A stretch of DNA of 64,000 nucleotides from Prescottella defluvii. Lineage in GTDB: Bacteria > Actinomycetota > Actinomycetes > Mycobacteriales > Mycobacteriaceae. The notes beneath the pieces were generated by a model. The model saw only the letters and a list, made by a program, of their open reading frames with translations. It did not search any database and had not been told where the DNA came from. Of the stretch, positions 1 to 11,756 are shown piece after piece; the first letter of the stretch is position 1, and every line of letters starts with the position of its first letter. Location of the stretch: assembly GCA_029690005.1 (NCBI GenBank), contig CP121458.1, positions 4,481,872 through 4,545,871 on the forward strand. The letters are read 5' to 3'. Position numbers and translations under genes: made by a program.

Positions 1-2250
1 TTGCTCTCTGCCACGCCGTACAAGCCGTTGACGCTGACCGGGGAGACCGAGCCGGGTCAGTCGCACCAGGACCAGTTCCTGAGCACCGTAAACTTCCTCG
101 CGAAGGGTGCCCGCTCCGGCCTGGCTGCGGAGGTGACCGAGCAACTCGATCTGTTCCGGACCTCGATCGTGGGTCGTAGCGACGCCCGCCCCGCCGTCGA
201 CGCCTTGGAGAAGCTGCTGCTGGACGTGATGTGCCGCACCGAGCGGCCGACCACAGAGGCCCGCAACATGGTCGACGAGCGTGCAGTTCTCGTGGACGGG
301 ATCACCGCCACCGATCTGATCAACTACGTTGCACTCGAGGAACTCTCGACTCTCACAGACGCACGGCTCAACATCGACTACTGGAAGTCGGTGCCGCTCT
401 TCGCGAACTTCATGGACACCTACCAGCTGGGCCGCAAACTCGCCGACGTTCTGGCCGGCGAGGACGGCGCGGCCGCCCGCGACGCGATCGGCCGGCTGAC
501 CCGGCTCGACCCGGATGCGGTGCGGCGCTTCGAATCGCTGTCGCCGGGTAACCCCCGATTCCGTCGGCTCGCCGGGGACGCGGCGGGCTGGGAGCAGTTG
601 CTGTGGGTGCCGCCGAGCCTGCCGTACCTGGCGCCCGGCGGGGTGTTCGCCGACCCGGCAATCGAATCGATGACGAAGAAGCTCGTCTTCTCGGCGTGGT
701 CGTCGACTCCGCCCGCGGTGGCGTCGCTACTCAGTTACGACGCCGATCGCCGGATCGCCGAGACCTCGGCCGAGGCGTCGGACCGGTCCACCAGCCTGGA
801 GCAGATCGGTGCCCGTCTGTTCGGTGACGACGACTCCCCGGTGGTGCCGCCCCGGCTGGACTTCCGGGTGCGGGATGGCCGAGCCGAGCGGATGACGGCG
901 CTGGCGCTGTTCTGGCCGATGCCGCGTCTTGCCGAGCGGTCAGATCCACTCGCCGCGGCCCGCGACGTTCGCGCGGTCGTGAGTGCAGCCGACGCCGAGG
1001 CGCAGGTGGCCACATCGCTGCGGGACGACCTGCGGGGCGTGCCGACGAGCAATGCCAGCGAGCATCAGCATCAGTACTGGGCGTGGCCGCTGTCGCAGGA
1101 GCCGGGTCTGACCAACCTGTTGACATCGATTTCGCCGGCGGACCTCGCCGGCGCGCTGCACGGCCACGACCCGTCGGAGGATGAGGGCACCCAGCTCCGC
1201 CCGTATCTCAGCGAACTCCGGAACCTGACCGCCGATGGCCCCATGCACATTCCCGCAGATCTCGCCGCGGTGACCGCGCAGCTGGGCATGCACTCGCCCG
1301 CGAACTGCGCCTGGCGCGCGCTCGGCCGGCTCGGGCTCCCCTCGACAGCCAGCGAGGAGGGTCGTTGGCTCGCGGCAGCGGTGGTGGCGTCCGGGCTGCG
1401 GAACACGTTCAACCGCTGGCAGTCGATCCTGCTGCTCGACCGCGAGTATCCGGAGGGGTCGTACTGGCAGAAGGTGCTGCGTTATTGCGCCGACGGCAAC
1501 CTGCAGGCGCTGCTCGACGAGTACCTCTTCCACCTCGCCACCGACCTCGGTTTGCAGTCGGTGGACGACGACCGCCTGCGCGTCCTCGCGGAGACTGCCG
1601 CGCAGGCGATGTCGCTGCGGCCCGCGCGGTACCAGGCGACGGACCCGCTCGGCGAGCATCCGCCGATCCGGTTCCCGGCGCGGTTCGCGATGCAGTACGG
1701 CTCGAAGGCCACCGACGAGTCCTTCCGCCCGTCGGATATCCGCAAGTCGTTCAACAGCCCCTTCTGGCCGTTCGTGCTGGTGTCCACGAGCGCGGGTCAG
1801 GAGGGTATCGACTTCCATCCGTGGTGCCACAATGTCGCGCACTGGAACACCCCGAGCAATCCGGTCGACTTCGAGCAGCGCGACGGTCGGGTGAACCGCT
1901 TCCGCGGTCACGCGGTGCGCCGCAACATCATCGACGCCCACCGCGCAGAGATGCTTGGCTCCACGGAGGCCAGTCCATGGACCGCCACCTACAACCTCCC
2001 TGAGCCTGGTCTGGACGGTCTGATCCCCGACTGGATCCATCCCGGACCTCATCGAGTGATCCGCGACGTCATGCCTTACCGACTGAGCCGCGACACGCGC
2101 CGACTCGAACGGATCAAGTCGGACGTCGCTCGCTACCGACTCGCCTTCGGACAGCCCCGGCAGGAGGACTTGATGGCGTTGCTCAAGGCCGACGGGGTCG
2201 ACGACGAGAGCGCCGCGAACTTGCGGTTGGACTTGCGCCCACCGCGCTGA
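1..2250 (+). CDS. Large helicase-superfamily protein, C-terminal 749 aa only (5' end outside window); helicase C-terminal motifs near the end
   Basis: Single uninterrupted ORF from window edge. STSAGQEGIDF (motif V-like) and QRDGRVNRFRG (motif VI arginine finger) at about aa 575-670 of the fragment. Long non-helicase region precedes them. Sits immediately upstream of BREX. Confidence 0.6.
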   Translation: MLSATPYKPLTLTGETEPGQSHQDQFLSTVNFLAKGARSGLAAEVTEQLDLFRTSIVGRSDARPAVDALEKLLLDVMCRTERPTTEARNMVDERAVLVDGITATDLINYVALEELSTLTDARLNIDYWKSVPLFANFMDTYQLGRKLADVLAGEDGAAARDAIGRLTRLDPDAVRRFESLSPGNPRFRRLAGDAAGWEQLLWVPPSLPYLAPGGVFADPAIESMTKKLVFSAWSSTPPAVASLLSYDADRRIAETSAEASDRSTSLEQIGARLFGDDDSPVVPPRLDFRVRDGRAERMTALALFWPMPRLAERSDPLAAARDVRAVVSAADAEAQVATSLRDDLRGVPTSNASEHQHQYWAWPLSQEPGLTNLLTSISPADLAGALHGHDPSEDEGTQLRPYLSELRNLTADGPMHIPADLAAVTAQLGMHSPANCAWRALGRLGLPSTASEEGRWLAAAVVASGLRNTFNRWQSILLLDREYPEGSYWQKVLRYCADGNLQALLDEYLFHLATDLGLQSVDDDRLRVLAETAAQAMSLRPARYQATDPLGEHPPIRFPARFAMQYGSKATDESFRPSDIRKSFNSPFWPFVLVSTSAGQEGIDFHPWCHNVAHWNTPSNPVDFEQRDGRVNRFRGHAVRRNIIDAHRAEMLGSTEASPWTATYNLPEPGLDGLIPDWIHPGPHRVIRDVMPYRLSRDTRRLERIKSDVARYRLAFGQPRQEDLMALLKADGVDDESAANLRLDLRPPR

Positions 2251-3330
2251 GTTGATCGACCGACCTAAAAGGAGGAGCTTCAGTCGGTGATCCGGTGAGT
2301 ATCCAAGCATCGATGTCGGAGTGATCCCGCGCGTCGCAAGGAACGAGGTATCGGGCGGTTGACGGATTGGGGGCGTTCGGACGGATGAGTCCGACGGCAC
2401 CACGGCAACGACGAATCGACCGCAATCTCGCTATGCGAAACTGACCCGCATGGCGCTGTACTTTTCCGAGCGCGCACTGTCTGAAATCGGACCAGCGCAG
2501 ACCACGTACAAAGTCGATAGATCTATTTCGATCTCCAAGGTCGTGGGATTGAGTCGGACGGTCTCCCGGGAGATGCGCTCAAAGCCAGCAACCATCGTGA
2601 ATCAAACGGTGCGGCGAGCGAAGGGGCGTTCGTGGCAACGCCTCGGCGACGCGAAGAACGGTTCCCTCGTCAGGTTCAACACTCAGCGCCTTCGACTGGG
2701 CGCACTACCCATCCTCGGGATCGGAGGGCACACCGCCGAGGAGGAGCGTACTGGCGAACATCTCCTCTGGGCCATTATAGGAATTGCCGATGACGTGTAC
2801 CAACGCGACTGGATCGGCAACCGACACCGGTGGCCCGGCCGGGTGATGCTCGTGGGAAGTCGTGACGGACATTCAACTCTGAGAAACCAATTCACTCCTC
2901 CTTCGGCAGAGATGCCCCACCGCTATCCGCACAGTTTTCCGTCTTCGCCGGAATCGTTGTCGGAGGTGCTCGGCGGACTCCTCGATGTAGCCCCGAGCAC
3001 ATCCGAGACGAGATGGACTATCACCACTTCAGAACTCCCTACGAGATGGCAACCCAGGTAGCCGATCGGATCTTCGACCCGCCTGCCAATCCCTTCGGGT
3101 ACCGCGAATGCAGCGCGCACGTTTGGGCCTATACAAGCCACTGCGAACATTCCGTGGATGGCTCGAAGCTCTTGATCGTCCGCCCATCCTCATCGAAGAA
3201 CAGGACTGAGCGCGGGCACCCCGGTCGCTTCGGCGGTATCGGAGTGTCCGAGAGATCCGGATTGATAGAGTCTGGCGGGGTGAACGCGACCGCCGTCGGC
3301 CGCGAGATTCAACGACAACGGGGCGGTGAC

Positions 3331-6300
3331 GTGGCACAAGGCAGTGACCGGTGGGTCGAGGTGTCGAAGTCGGCGTTCGCCCACGAGGCCGAGGGTCTGA
3401 GCTTCCTCCAGGACATCGTCCCCAACGCCTCCCCGTATCGCGCGTGGACGAACTTCGAGTTCATGGACAACCACGGTCTCTGGCACGAGGTCGATGCCCT
3501 GGTCCTCGGTCGGCGTCGTCTGCATCTGATCGAGCTCAAGCATTTCGTGGGTCGTCTCGGAGGCACCGAGACGAACTGGGTGCGGCAGCTACCGAGCGGC
3601 AAGGTCCGCACCCAGCGCTCTCCCCTCCTCCTGACTCGCCGCAAGGCACAACGGCTCGCGACGCGCATCGAGGAGGAAGCCCGCAAGGTCGCGATCGCGC
3701 GCGGGCTCAATCCGGAGAAGGTGCGCCGGGCGCTGCCGTTCGTGCAGGAGTCGGTGTTCCTGCACGCCGAGGGTTTCACGGTCGACATGCCGGAGCTGGC
3801 GAAGTCGGGGCTGTTCGGCCTCGACGGCGACGAGCACGGGTCCCACCTGCCGGGTATCTCGACTCGTATTCTCGAGCCTCCGATCGACGGGCGACGTGTC
3901 GACGAAGACATGAGCGTAATCATTGCCCTCGCCCTCGAGAACCTCGGCATCTCCCGCCGCACCGAGCGCGAGGCCGGGTCGTGGACGATCTCGGGTGCCC
4001 CGCTGGCGTCGGGTGACGACTGGCAGGAGTGGCCGGCTAAGCACAAGGGCACCGACGAGCATGCCCGTGCCCGCATCGTCTCGTTCCGCCCGGGCACTCC
4101 GGCGCACGCCCGTGCGGCAGCGCATCGGAAGATGCAGCGCGAGTACACGCTGCTGTCGTCGCTGCGGCACGAGTCGATCGTGGCCCCCGCGACCTGGTGC
4201 AGGACGACCACGGCAATACGGTCCTCGTCTACCCGGAGACCCCGGGTACGAGCCGCTCGATCTGGCGTTGGCGACGCGCACCCTCACCGCCGAGCAGCAG
4301 TTGACGGTGTTGACGCAGGTCGCGGAGGCGCTTGCGTATGCGCACCGCAATCACGTCGCGCACCGCGGCCTCGGCCCGTCGACGGTGCTGATCCATACCG
4401 AGCGACTGGACGCGGGCCGGGTCGACGTGCGGCTGGTGGACTGGTCGTGGGCGGGGCGCATCCACGACGGAAACACCCGGTCTGCAACGATGCTCGGCAC
4501 CGCGGTCACCGCGACGGGCGGGGCGGCTGCGGACGAGGTGTATCAGGCGCCGGAGGACCGGTGGGCGCCGGATTCGGATCGCATCGCGCTCGACGTCTTC
4601 TCCCTCGGTTCCCTCGCGTACTTCCTGCTCTCGGGCGGGCAGAACCCGGCGCGCGACCGCGCGGCACTGCTCGAGCGACTACGAGTCGAACAGGGTCTGG
4701 ACCTGGCCGCGTCGACGGGACGGTTCGTCGACGAGCGACTGCGCGAGCTGGTGCTGCGGACGACCAGCCCGTCGGTGTCGAAACGCATTGGCATCGATGG
4801 GAAGTCGGGTCCGCCGACGTTCGGTGCGCAACAGTTCGCGGCCGAGCTGGACGCGTACCGGCGGGAGCAGGCACCGACCGCCGCCGTGCCGGAGATCGAC
4901 CCGCTGAACCCGCCGACGGGCGCGCTGCTCGACGACCGGTTCGAGGTGCTGCAGGTGCTCGGGTCGGGGTCCACGGCCCGCGGCATCCTCGTCGCCGACC
5001 ACGACCACGACGGCCGCCAGCGCGTCCTCAAGGTCGGTCTGGACGACACGGCGACCCATCGGCTGCAGGACGAGGCGGAGGTCCTGACGACGCTCGCCCA
5101 ACAGCAGCCGCCGGTGCCCGGCGTCGTCGAGCTGATCGAGGGCCCGCTGCAGCTGGCGCACCGCACCGCGCTGCTGCTGACCAACTGCGGCGAGCAGACC
5201 CTCGCCGACGTCATCCGCTACACCCCGCTCGGGGAGGCGCAGCTCAAGACGTGGGGCCTGGGCCTGCTGGACGCGGTCGTGGCGCTGGACACGGCGGGCA
5301 TCACGCACCGCGACATCAAGCCGTCGAACCTGGGGCTGTCCCGCCCGGACGGCAAGCGTTCGGCGAAGGCGCGGCTCGCGCTGTTCGACTTCTCGCTCTC
5401 GCGTGCCGCCGTCGAGCTGCTCGACGCCGGCACTCCCCGTATCGGGACCCGTTCCTCGGCACAGGGATCCGCACCGCCTACGACTCGGCGGCCGAGCGCT
5501 GATTCGGCGGCGGTGGTGCTGTACGAGATGGCCACCGCCAGCACCCCGCTCTACGGCGACGGGGTCAGCGACCCCCGGGTGCTCACCGACGACGTATCGG
5601 TGTCGGCGGAGGACTTCGGCGGCCACTCGCGCACCCGCGCGGAGGCGCTCGCCGGGTTCTTCCGCACCGCACTGGCCCGCGACGTGCGCGACCGGTTCGA
5701 CACCGCGACCGCGATGCGTAAGGCGTGGGCGGCGGTGTTCGCCGCGAAGGCCGTCCATCCCGAGCCCGCCTCCGCGGTGGTGCACGCGCCGGTCATCACC
5801 GCGACCGCGGAGGTGAACCCGCCCACGGTCGCCGTCGGGGAACCCGTCGCCACCTACGGTTCGTTGCAGGTGCTCGCGACGGAGTTCGCGCGCGCGTCGG
5901 CGACGAAGTCGTCGGCGATCCGCCGGCAGGTTGTAGAGCTGGTCCTCGGCAGCCACGACGCCGCGCCGGCCGACCCGTTCGTCACCTACCAGGTGCTGGC
6001 ACCGCTCGCCGGGGTCACACCGGGCCGCATCGCCCAGATTTTCGGCGAGCTGCGTGACCTGTGGGCGAAGAACCCGCAGTCGGCTGCGACCGTGGATTCG
6101 CTGTATCGACGCGGGCTCGTGCTGCTCGAATCGACTGGCGGCGCAAGCACTCCCGAGCTTCTCGCCCGCGAGCTGGCCGCCGCGCTGGACACGGACGGAC
6201 TGCGTGATCCGCAGCGCACCGCCCTCGGGGCGTTGCGTTTGGTCCTCGCATCGGCCCCGCCCGCCCCCGAACCGGAGCCCGGCGAGGAGGCGACGGACAC

Positions 6301-7471
6301 CGAGAGCCTCGACCTGCAGTTGGTGCGCCGCCAGTCGACGGGCACGGTCGCGATGATCGCGACGCCCGCGGTCGCGCGCCGCCTTCCCGCGGCCCTGGCC
6401 AGGGAGGCGGACGGCCTCGTCGCGGCCGCTGACGCTCAGGGTCTGGCGCTGGTTCCGCCGACGGACGCCGATCGGCCGCTGCGAGCGGCCGCGGCGGCGG
6501 TGCTCGACATGGCACCGGATCAGGTAGAGATCCCCGGTTACGCGCTGCTGCGGATCGCGGCCGCGTCTTCCGGCGAGGTGTCGCTGTCGGCGCGCGACGA
6601 GCTGCATGCGCACGCCCTCCCGATCCGCGACGTGTTGACACTGCTGCTGCGGGGCCTGTCCGATTCGGACACGTTCGGCCGGGCGGAGCTGGAATCGCGT
6701 GTCGCTGCCCGGTTCCCGGCGCGGGCGAAGGCGCTCCCCCGCCGCCCGGAGCTCGACGGTCTCGTCGCGGCCGTGGTGCCGGGGATGGCGTGGAGCGAGG
6801 AGCGCGGGCGCTACGAGTTCGAGAACGCAACGCAGCGGCTCTCGCACGTGCCCACCCTGCACACCCTCGCCGGTTCGCCTGCCGTCGCAGGCGGTTCCGG
6901 CAGCGATGTCGAACTGCTGCTGCAAGCCAGCATCCGGGAACGCACCTTCCGGGCGCTCGGGGTACCGATGGGCGCGTCCGATCAGGTGGCGGACGCACTG
7001 GTGGAGCGATTCGGGGCGGTGCACATTGACGTCACGGATGCGCTGCTGGACGAGCTGCGCTCGCGTGCGGAGCTGGCCGGCATTCCGTGGGACGCGATCC
7101 TCGCCGCCGACTCCGGCGCGGCCGCGGACCGAGAAGGCTTGAAAGGGTTTGTCGCACAGTCCATCCCGGCGGTCATCGACACCGTCAACTCGGCCGGTGG
7201 CCCGGTGGTACTGACCGACCTGTCGACGCTGGCGGCGTACGGGCAGCTTGGGGCGTTGCAGGCGTGGGTGGACGTGACGAATCCGCCGCCGCACGCGGTG
7301 TGGGCGCTTATCCCGCAGCCGGAGGAGTCCGGTGGCCGGCCAGGTGCTCGCGTCGACGGGACCGCGCTACCCCGTACCAGCCCGGAGCAGTTCGTGCAGG
7401 TGGACCGGCTCGGTCTGCGCGCACTCCTTGCCAGTAACGATGAGAAGCACACGATGAAGGAGCATGTCTGA
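3331..7471 (+). CDS. pglW: BREX type 2 / Pgl serine-threonine kinase PglW: N-terminal NERD-like domain plus two tandem protein-kinase domains. Two 1-bp frameshifts near 4192 and 4250.
   Basis: NERD-like motif DALVLGRRRLHLIELKHF. Kinase 1 has HRGLGPSTVLI...DWSWAG. Kinase 2 has GSGSTARG...HRDIKPSNLGL...DFSLSRA. Reading frame goes 1 to 3 to 2 across VAP|RDLVQDDHGNTVLVYPETPG|YEPLDLALA, consistent with two single-base deletions. Stop TGA overlaps the pglX ATG (TGATG). Start uncertain: ATG 3013 is the longest ORF, GTG 3331 lies just before the NERD domain. Confidence 0.8.
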
Positions 7472-10400
7472 TGGCGTTGGCCACGATCTCGGGAGCCGCG
7501 CTCAAGGATGCGCTCAAGCCGCAGCTGACGCTACTCGTCGACGACATGCGGACTCGCCTGACCGCCGACGCCGATGAGCTGGCACGCTGGCGGACCACGC
7601 ACCGCGCTGCCGTCGCCGAGAAGCGAACCGCCGTGTCGTGGACCGACTGGTCCGAGGATCAGCTCACCCAGGCCGCGGTCGGCTGGCTGCTCACGTCCGT
7701 GTTCGTGCGGTTCTGCGAGGACAACTTTCTCCTCGGCGATACCGCCGTCTGGATCACCCACCCCGACCCTATGCTCCGGCAGCGGGCCGTGGACGCCGAG
7801 CAAGCGTTCTACCGGAGCGATTCCGACAATTCGTACCGTGAGTGGCTCGAGCAGTCATTCGACGCACTCCGCGGGTTCCCGGCGACGCAGTCCCTCGTCG
7901 ACGAGCACGCGGCACTGAACATTATCGCGCCGTCGTCGGATGCGGTGCACCAGGTGCTGTCGTTCTGGCGGCAGGTCAATGAAACTGGTGAACTCGAGTG
8001 GACGTTTCGAGATCCCGAACTGTCTACACGCTTCCTAGGCGACCTGTACCAGGACCTGTCCGACTTCGCGAAGAAGAAGTACGCACTGTTGCAGACGCCC
8101 GAGTTCGTCGAGGAGTTCATCCTCGACCAGACTCTCGAACCTGCCTTCAAGGATCGGCCGCTGGAAGGGTTCAAGGTCATCGACCCGACGTGCGGGTCGG
8201 GGCACTTCCTGCTCGGCGCCTTTGCTCGATTGGTCGATCGGTGGCATCGGGAGGCCCCCGGGCTTGACCTGCGGACGCGGGTCGACAACGCATTGTCGTC
8301 CGTCTATGGAGTGGACTTGAACCCGTTCGCCGTGGCGATCGCCAAGTTTCGGTTGATAGTCGCGGCGTTGAAGGCATGCGGGGAAACAACTTTGGTGAAT
8401 GCGCCGAAGTTCGCGTTGAATCTCGCGAACGGGGATTCGCTGCTCCATGGGGCCGAGCAGGGTGGGGCGGCGGCCCTCGACTTCGGTGACCTGTCGTTCG
8501 ACAAAGACGCTGTGGTGTCGGGGTTCGCGTACTCGACCGAGGATGTGGCGCTGCTGCGGAAGATTCTCGCGCCGGGACAGTACGACGTGGTGGTAGGGAA
8601 TCCGCCGTACATTGTCGTTTCCGACAAGGCTTTGAACGCTCGGTACCGCGAGATCTACCACTACTGCAAGGGCAAGTACGCGCTCACAGCTCCATTCATG
8701 GAGAGATTCTTCGACCTCGCCAAGCCCGGCGAACGTGCGGGATGGATTGGGCAGATCACATCGAACTCATTCATGAAGCGGGAGTTCGGCGCACCGGTCA
8801 TCGAGGACCTACTCGCCAGGCTCGATCTCCGCCTCGTCGCCGACACGTCCGGTGCATACATTCCCGGCCACGGCACCCCGACCGTAATCATCGTTGGTCG
8901 CAACCACCCATCAGTCCACCAGAGTGTGCGCGCAATCCTCGGCATCCAGGGTGAACCGGGAGCACCCGATGATCCTGCCAGGGGCAAGGTGTGGACGTCG
9001 ATTGTCGAGCACGTCGACCAAGCCGGGTTCGAGAACCAATGGATCTCAGTTGCTGATCTCTCACGAGAGAACCTCAGTAAGCATCCCTGGAGCCTCAGCG
9101 GCGGCGGGGCGGTCGAGCTCCTGAACACAATTGAAACCGCAAAGATCGGTCAAGTCAGTGACCGAGTCACCTCTATCGGATCGACAGCCATCACCGGCGA
9201 CGACGATGCCTTCGAGTTCGGACGAACCTCACCGCCGCGTATCCGCATCAACGAGATCCCGACTCGACCCTTTATCACCGGAAGCATGATCCGGGATTAC
9301 TGCATCTCCGAGCCACATAATGTCATTTACCCCTATGGCGATTCTGGCCCGGCCCTTAACGACGCAGCGTCGGATCAAATCGAGAGATGTATGTGGCCAC
9401 TGCGCACTGGCCTCGCACGCGGCCTCGCGTTCGGAAAGACGCGTGCCGACAAGGGGATGCGATGGTACGAGTACATCCTCCCGAACCACCCACGCCTCGC
9501 ATCCTCCATGCTGATCACGTATGGCTTCATCACGACTCATCCTGGGTTCGTGCTCCATCGTGGAGGAAGGTCATCAACCACTCCGCGATGGTCTTATCCC
9601 TCGGCGATCTGCAATCCGAGGACGATCACCTGCGGCTGCTGGGCACCCTCAACAGCTCGACCGCCTGCTTCTGGCTCAAGCAGAACAGCCACAACAAGGG
9701 CAGTACTGTCGACTCGTCGGGAGCTCGCACCACACTGTCGGAGTGGGAGAACTTCTTCGAGTTCACCGGGACGACGCTGAAGGACTTCCCACTCCCGAAG
9801 TCGGCCCCGCTCAACCGTGCTCGCCTCGTCGACGAGCTTTCGCAACAGCTCGCAACCCAGGAACCCTCCGCCACGATCGAAGCGAACGGGGGCAGCATCG
9901 CGGTCATCGAATCTGCGAGAGCTGAGCACGCCCGTATCCGCGCTCTCATGATCGCCGAGCAGGATGAGTTGGACTGGGAGGTGTACCGGAACTACGGACT
10001 TGTCGACGAGGAGCTGTTCCTGCCTGTCGGCCAGGCTCCCGGGATCGCGTTGGGTGAGAGGGCATTCGAAATCGCGCTCGCCCGCAAGGTTGCGACCGGG
10101 GAGGCGGAGACCTCATGGTTCGAGCGCCATGGGTCCACGCCCGTCACAGAGATTCCCGCGCACTGGCCAGCAGAGTACCGGGACCTGGTGGAGAAGCGTT
10201 TGCAAGCGATCGAATCGAACCCATTCATCCGGCTGTTGGAGAAGCCGGAGTACAAGCGGCGGTGGGCTGGGGACTCGTGGGATGTGAAACTTTCCCGTGC
10301 GCTCAAGGACTGGCTGCTCGATCGACTCGAGGACAAGTCGCTGTGGTTCACCACGCAGGGCACCCCGCAGATGTTGTCCGTTGCCGAGCTCGCCGGGCAT

Positions 10401-11090
10401 GTGGAGAAGGACCCCGAGTTCATCACCGCACTCGACCTGTGGGCCGGAAAGAAGGACGCGCCAGTCACCGAGACACTGGTGAAGGTGCTCGCTGATGAGG
10501 CAGTGCCGTATCTGGCGGCGATGCGCTACAAGGACTCCGGTCTGCGTAAGCGCGCGGAGTGGGAGCGGGTGTGGGATCTGCAGCGTGACGAGGACGCCGG
10601 GCTGATCAAGGCGACCGACATTCCGGTGCCACCGAAGTACACCAGCGCCGACTTCCTCAAGTCGTCGTTCTGGAGTCACCGCGGCAAGCTGGATGTGACG
10701 AAGGAGCGCTTCATCTCCTACCCCGGAGCCGGCCGCGCCACCGACCCGACGCCGCTGTTGGGTTGGGCGGGTTGGAATCACGCGCAGCAGGGCCTCGCCC
10801 TGGCAACGATCTACGCATACCGCGAGTCCGAGGGCACGGCGCTCACCGAGCTCGTCCCGGTAGTCGCCGGCATCGCGGAGATTCTCCCTGGGTCAGGCAA
10901 TGGCATTCCGGCGTCGACCCCACCTTCGGCATCGACCTCGCCGACTACCTCACCGGACAACTCAACGAAAAGTCGGCAGCAGTCGGAGTCCCCGTCCCCG
11001 ACCTTGGCAACTGGCGTCCCCCAAGACAACTCGCGGCCGCAAGACCAAGGTGGGGTGAGTCTGTCGGACCCATCGGGCATCATCCGGTAG
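7471..11090 (+). CDS. pglX: BREX adenine-specific DNA methyltransferase PglX/BrxX. One 1-bp frameshift near 9562.
   Basis: Motif I DPTCGSGHFLLGAF. Motif IV VVVGNPPYIV. Conserved BREX-MTase C-terminal half (EDDHLRLLGTLNSSTACFWLKQ, WENFFEFTGT). Frame 1 to frame 3 at HRGG|KVINHSAM: ggaggaaagg appears to have lost one a. Confidence 0.85.
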
Positions 11091-11247
11091 TCACATGAGG
11101 AGGCAGTGGGCACCGTTGCCCACGGCGCAGTACCGAACGGAGCACTATGACCCGGACCGTCTTCCGGCGAGAAGCCTGTAGCCCCAAACTCTGCGCGACG
11201 CGAAGTGTCGCACAGCGGACAGCCGTCCTCCGTGCGGCGACAGTTCG

Positions 11248-11703
11248 ATGATTGCCCTCACCGAGGCGGTCGGGCCATCACTGATTCTTCTACTGACAGT
11301 GATCGTATTGCTGCTCACGTCGCGAAGGACCTTCTCGTGGCCACAACCTGAAACGTGGGTTGATAGCTCGTCTTTCGTAAGTGCCCCATCAGGCCGGAGC
11401 GACGACCTGGAGATCGCACTTGAGACCGCAGCTGCCGTGAACTCATACAATGTGCATGCAGAGAACGATCCGCGTGTCCGCCTTCAATCAGCAGTCAGGC
11501 TGAGACCTTCGGACTATCAAGTAGCGATCCGCGACATATCACGTCACTTCCGAGAAGGTCGAGTTGTGTCACTTGACCTTGCAGGCATGGATCCTCCGCA
11601 GGCCGCTCGACTTGTCGATTTCTGCAGTGGAATGACGACAGTCGCATCCGGCTGGATATTTCGAGTAACGGACAGAGTTATAGTTCTCACACCATCTACA
11701 TAG
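11248..11703 (+). CDS. Membrane-anchored SepF-domain (DUF552) protein: N-terminal TM helix, linker, C-terminal SepF core
   Basis: C-terminal 65 aa (PSDYQVAIRDISRHFREGRVVSLDLAGMDPPQAARLVDFCSGMTTVASGWIFRVTDRVIVLTP) matches the SepF core position by position, following the pattern P..Y..A..I......VV..L.....QA.RLVDF.SG.....G.I.R......TP. N-terminus LILLLTVIVLLLTS is hydrophobic. TTG start. AT-richer than its flanks. Intact. Confidence 0.7.
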   Translation: MIALTEAVGPSLILLLTVIVLLLTSRRTFSWPQPETWVDSSSFVSAPSGRSDDLEIALETAAAVNSYNVHAENDPRVRLQSAVRLRPSDYQVAIRDISRHFREGRVVSLDLAGMDPPQAARLVDFCSGMTTVASGWIFRVTDRVIVLTPST

Positions 11704-11756
11704 GCCGAATCCACGGACAGCCCTGTCAATTTCTATGATTCTAGCGGAGGGTTCCA

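Noticed and set aside
940-2403. 487-aa minus-strand ORF, and 3309-4211 minus (300 aa)
   Set aside because: Antisense shadows of the helicase and pglW genes. No motifs.
2450-3061. 203-aa + ORF in the AT-richer spacer before pglW
   Set aside because: No recognisable domain, odd composition, overlaps the possible pglW N-terminal extension. Could be real, but there is no support. The strong SD at 2266 is followed only by 3-4 codon reading frames.
4679-7294. 871-aa ORF on the minus strand
   Set aside because: Antisense to pglW in high-GC DNA. Arg/Gly/Pro-rich low-complexity translation, typical of spurious GC-frame ORFs.
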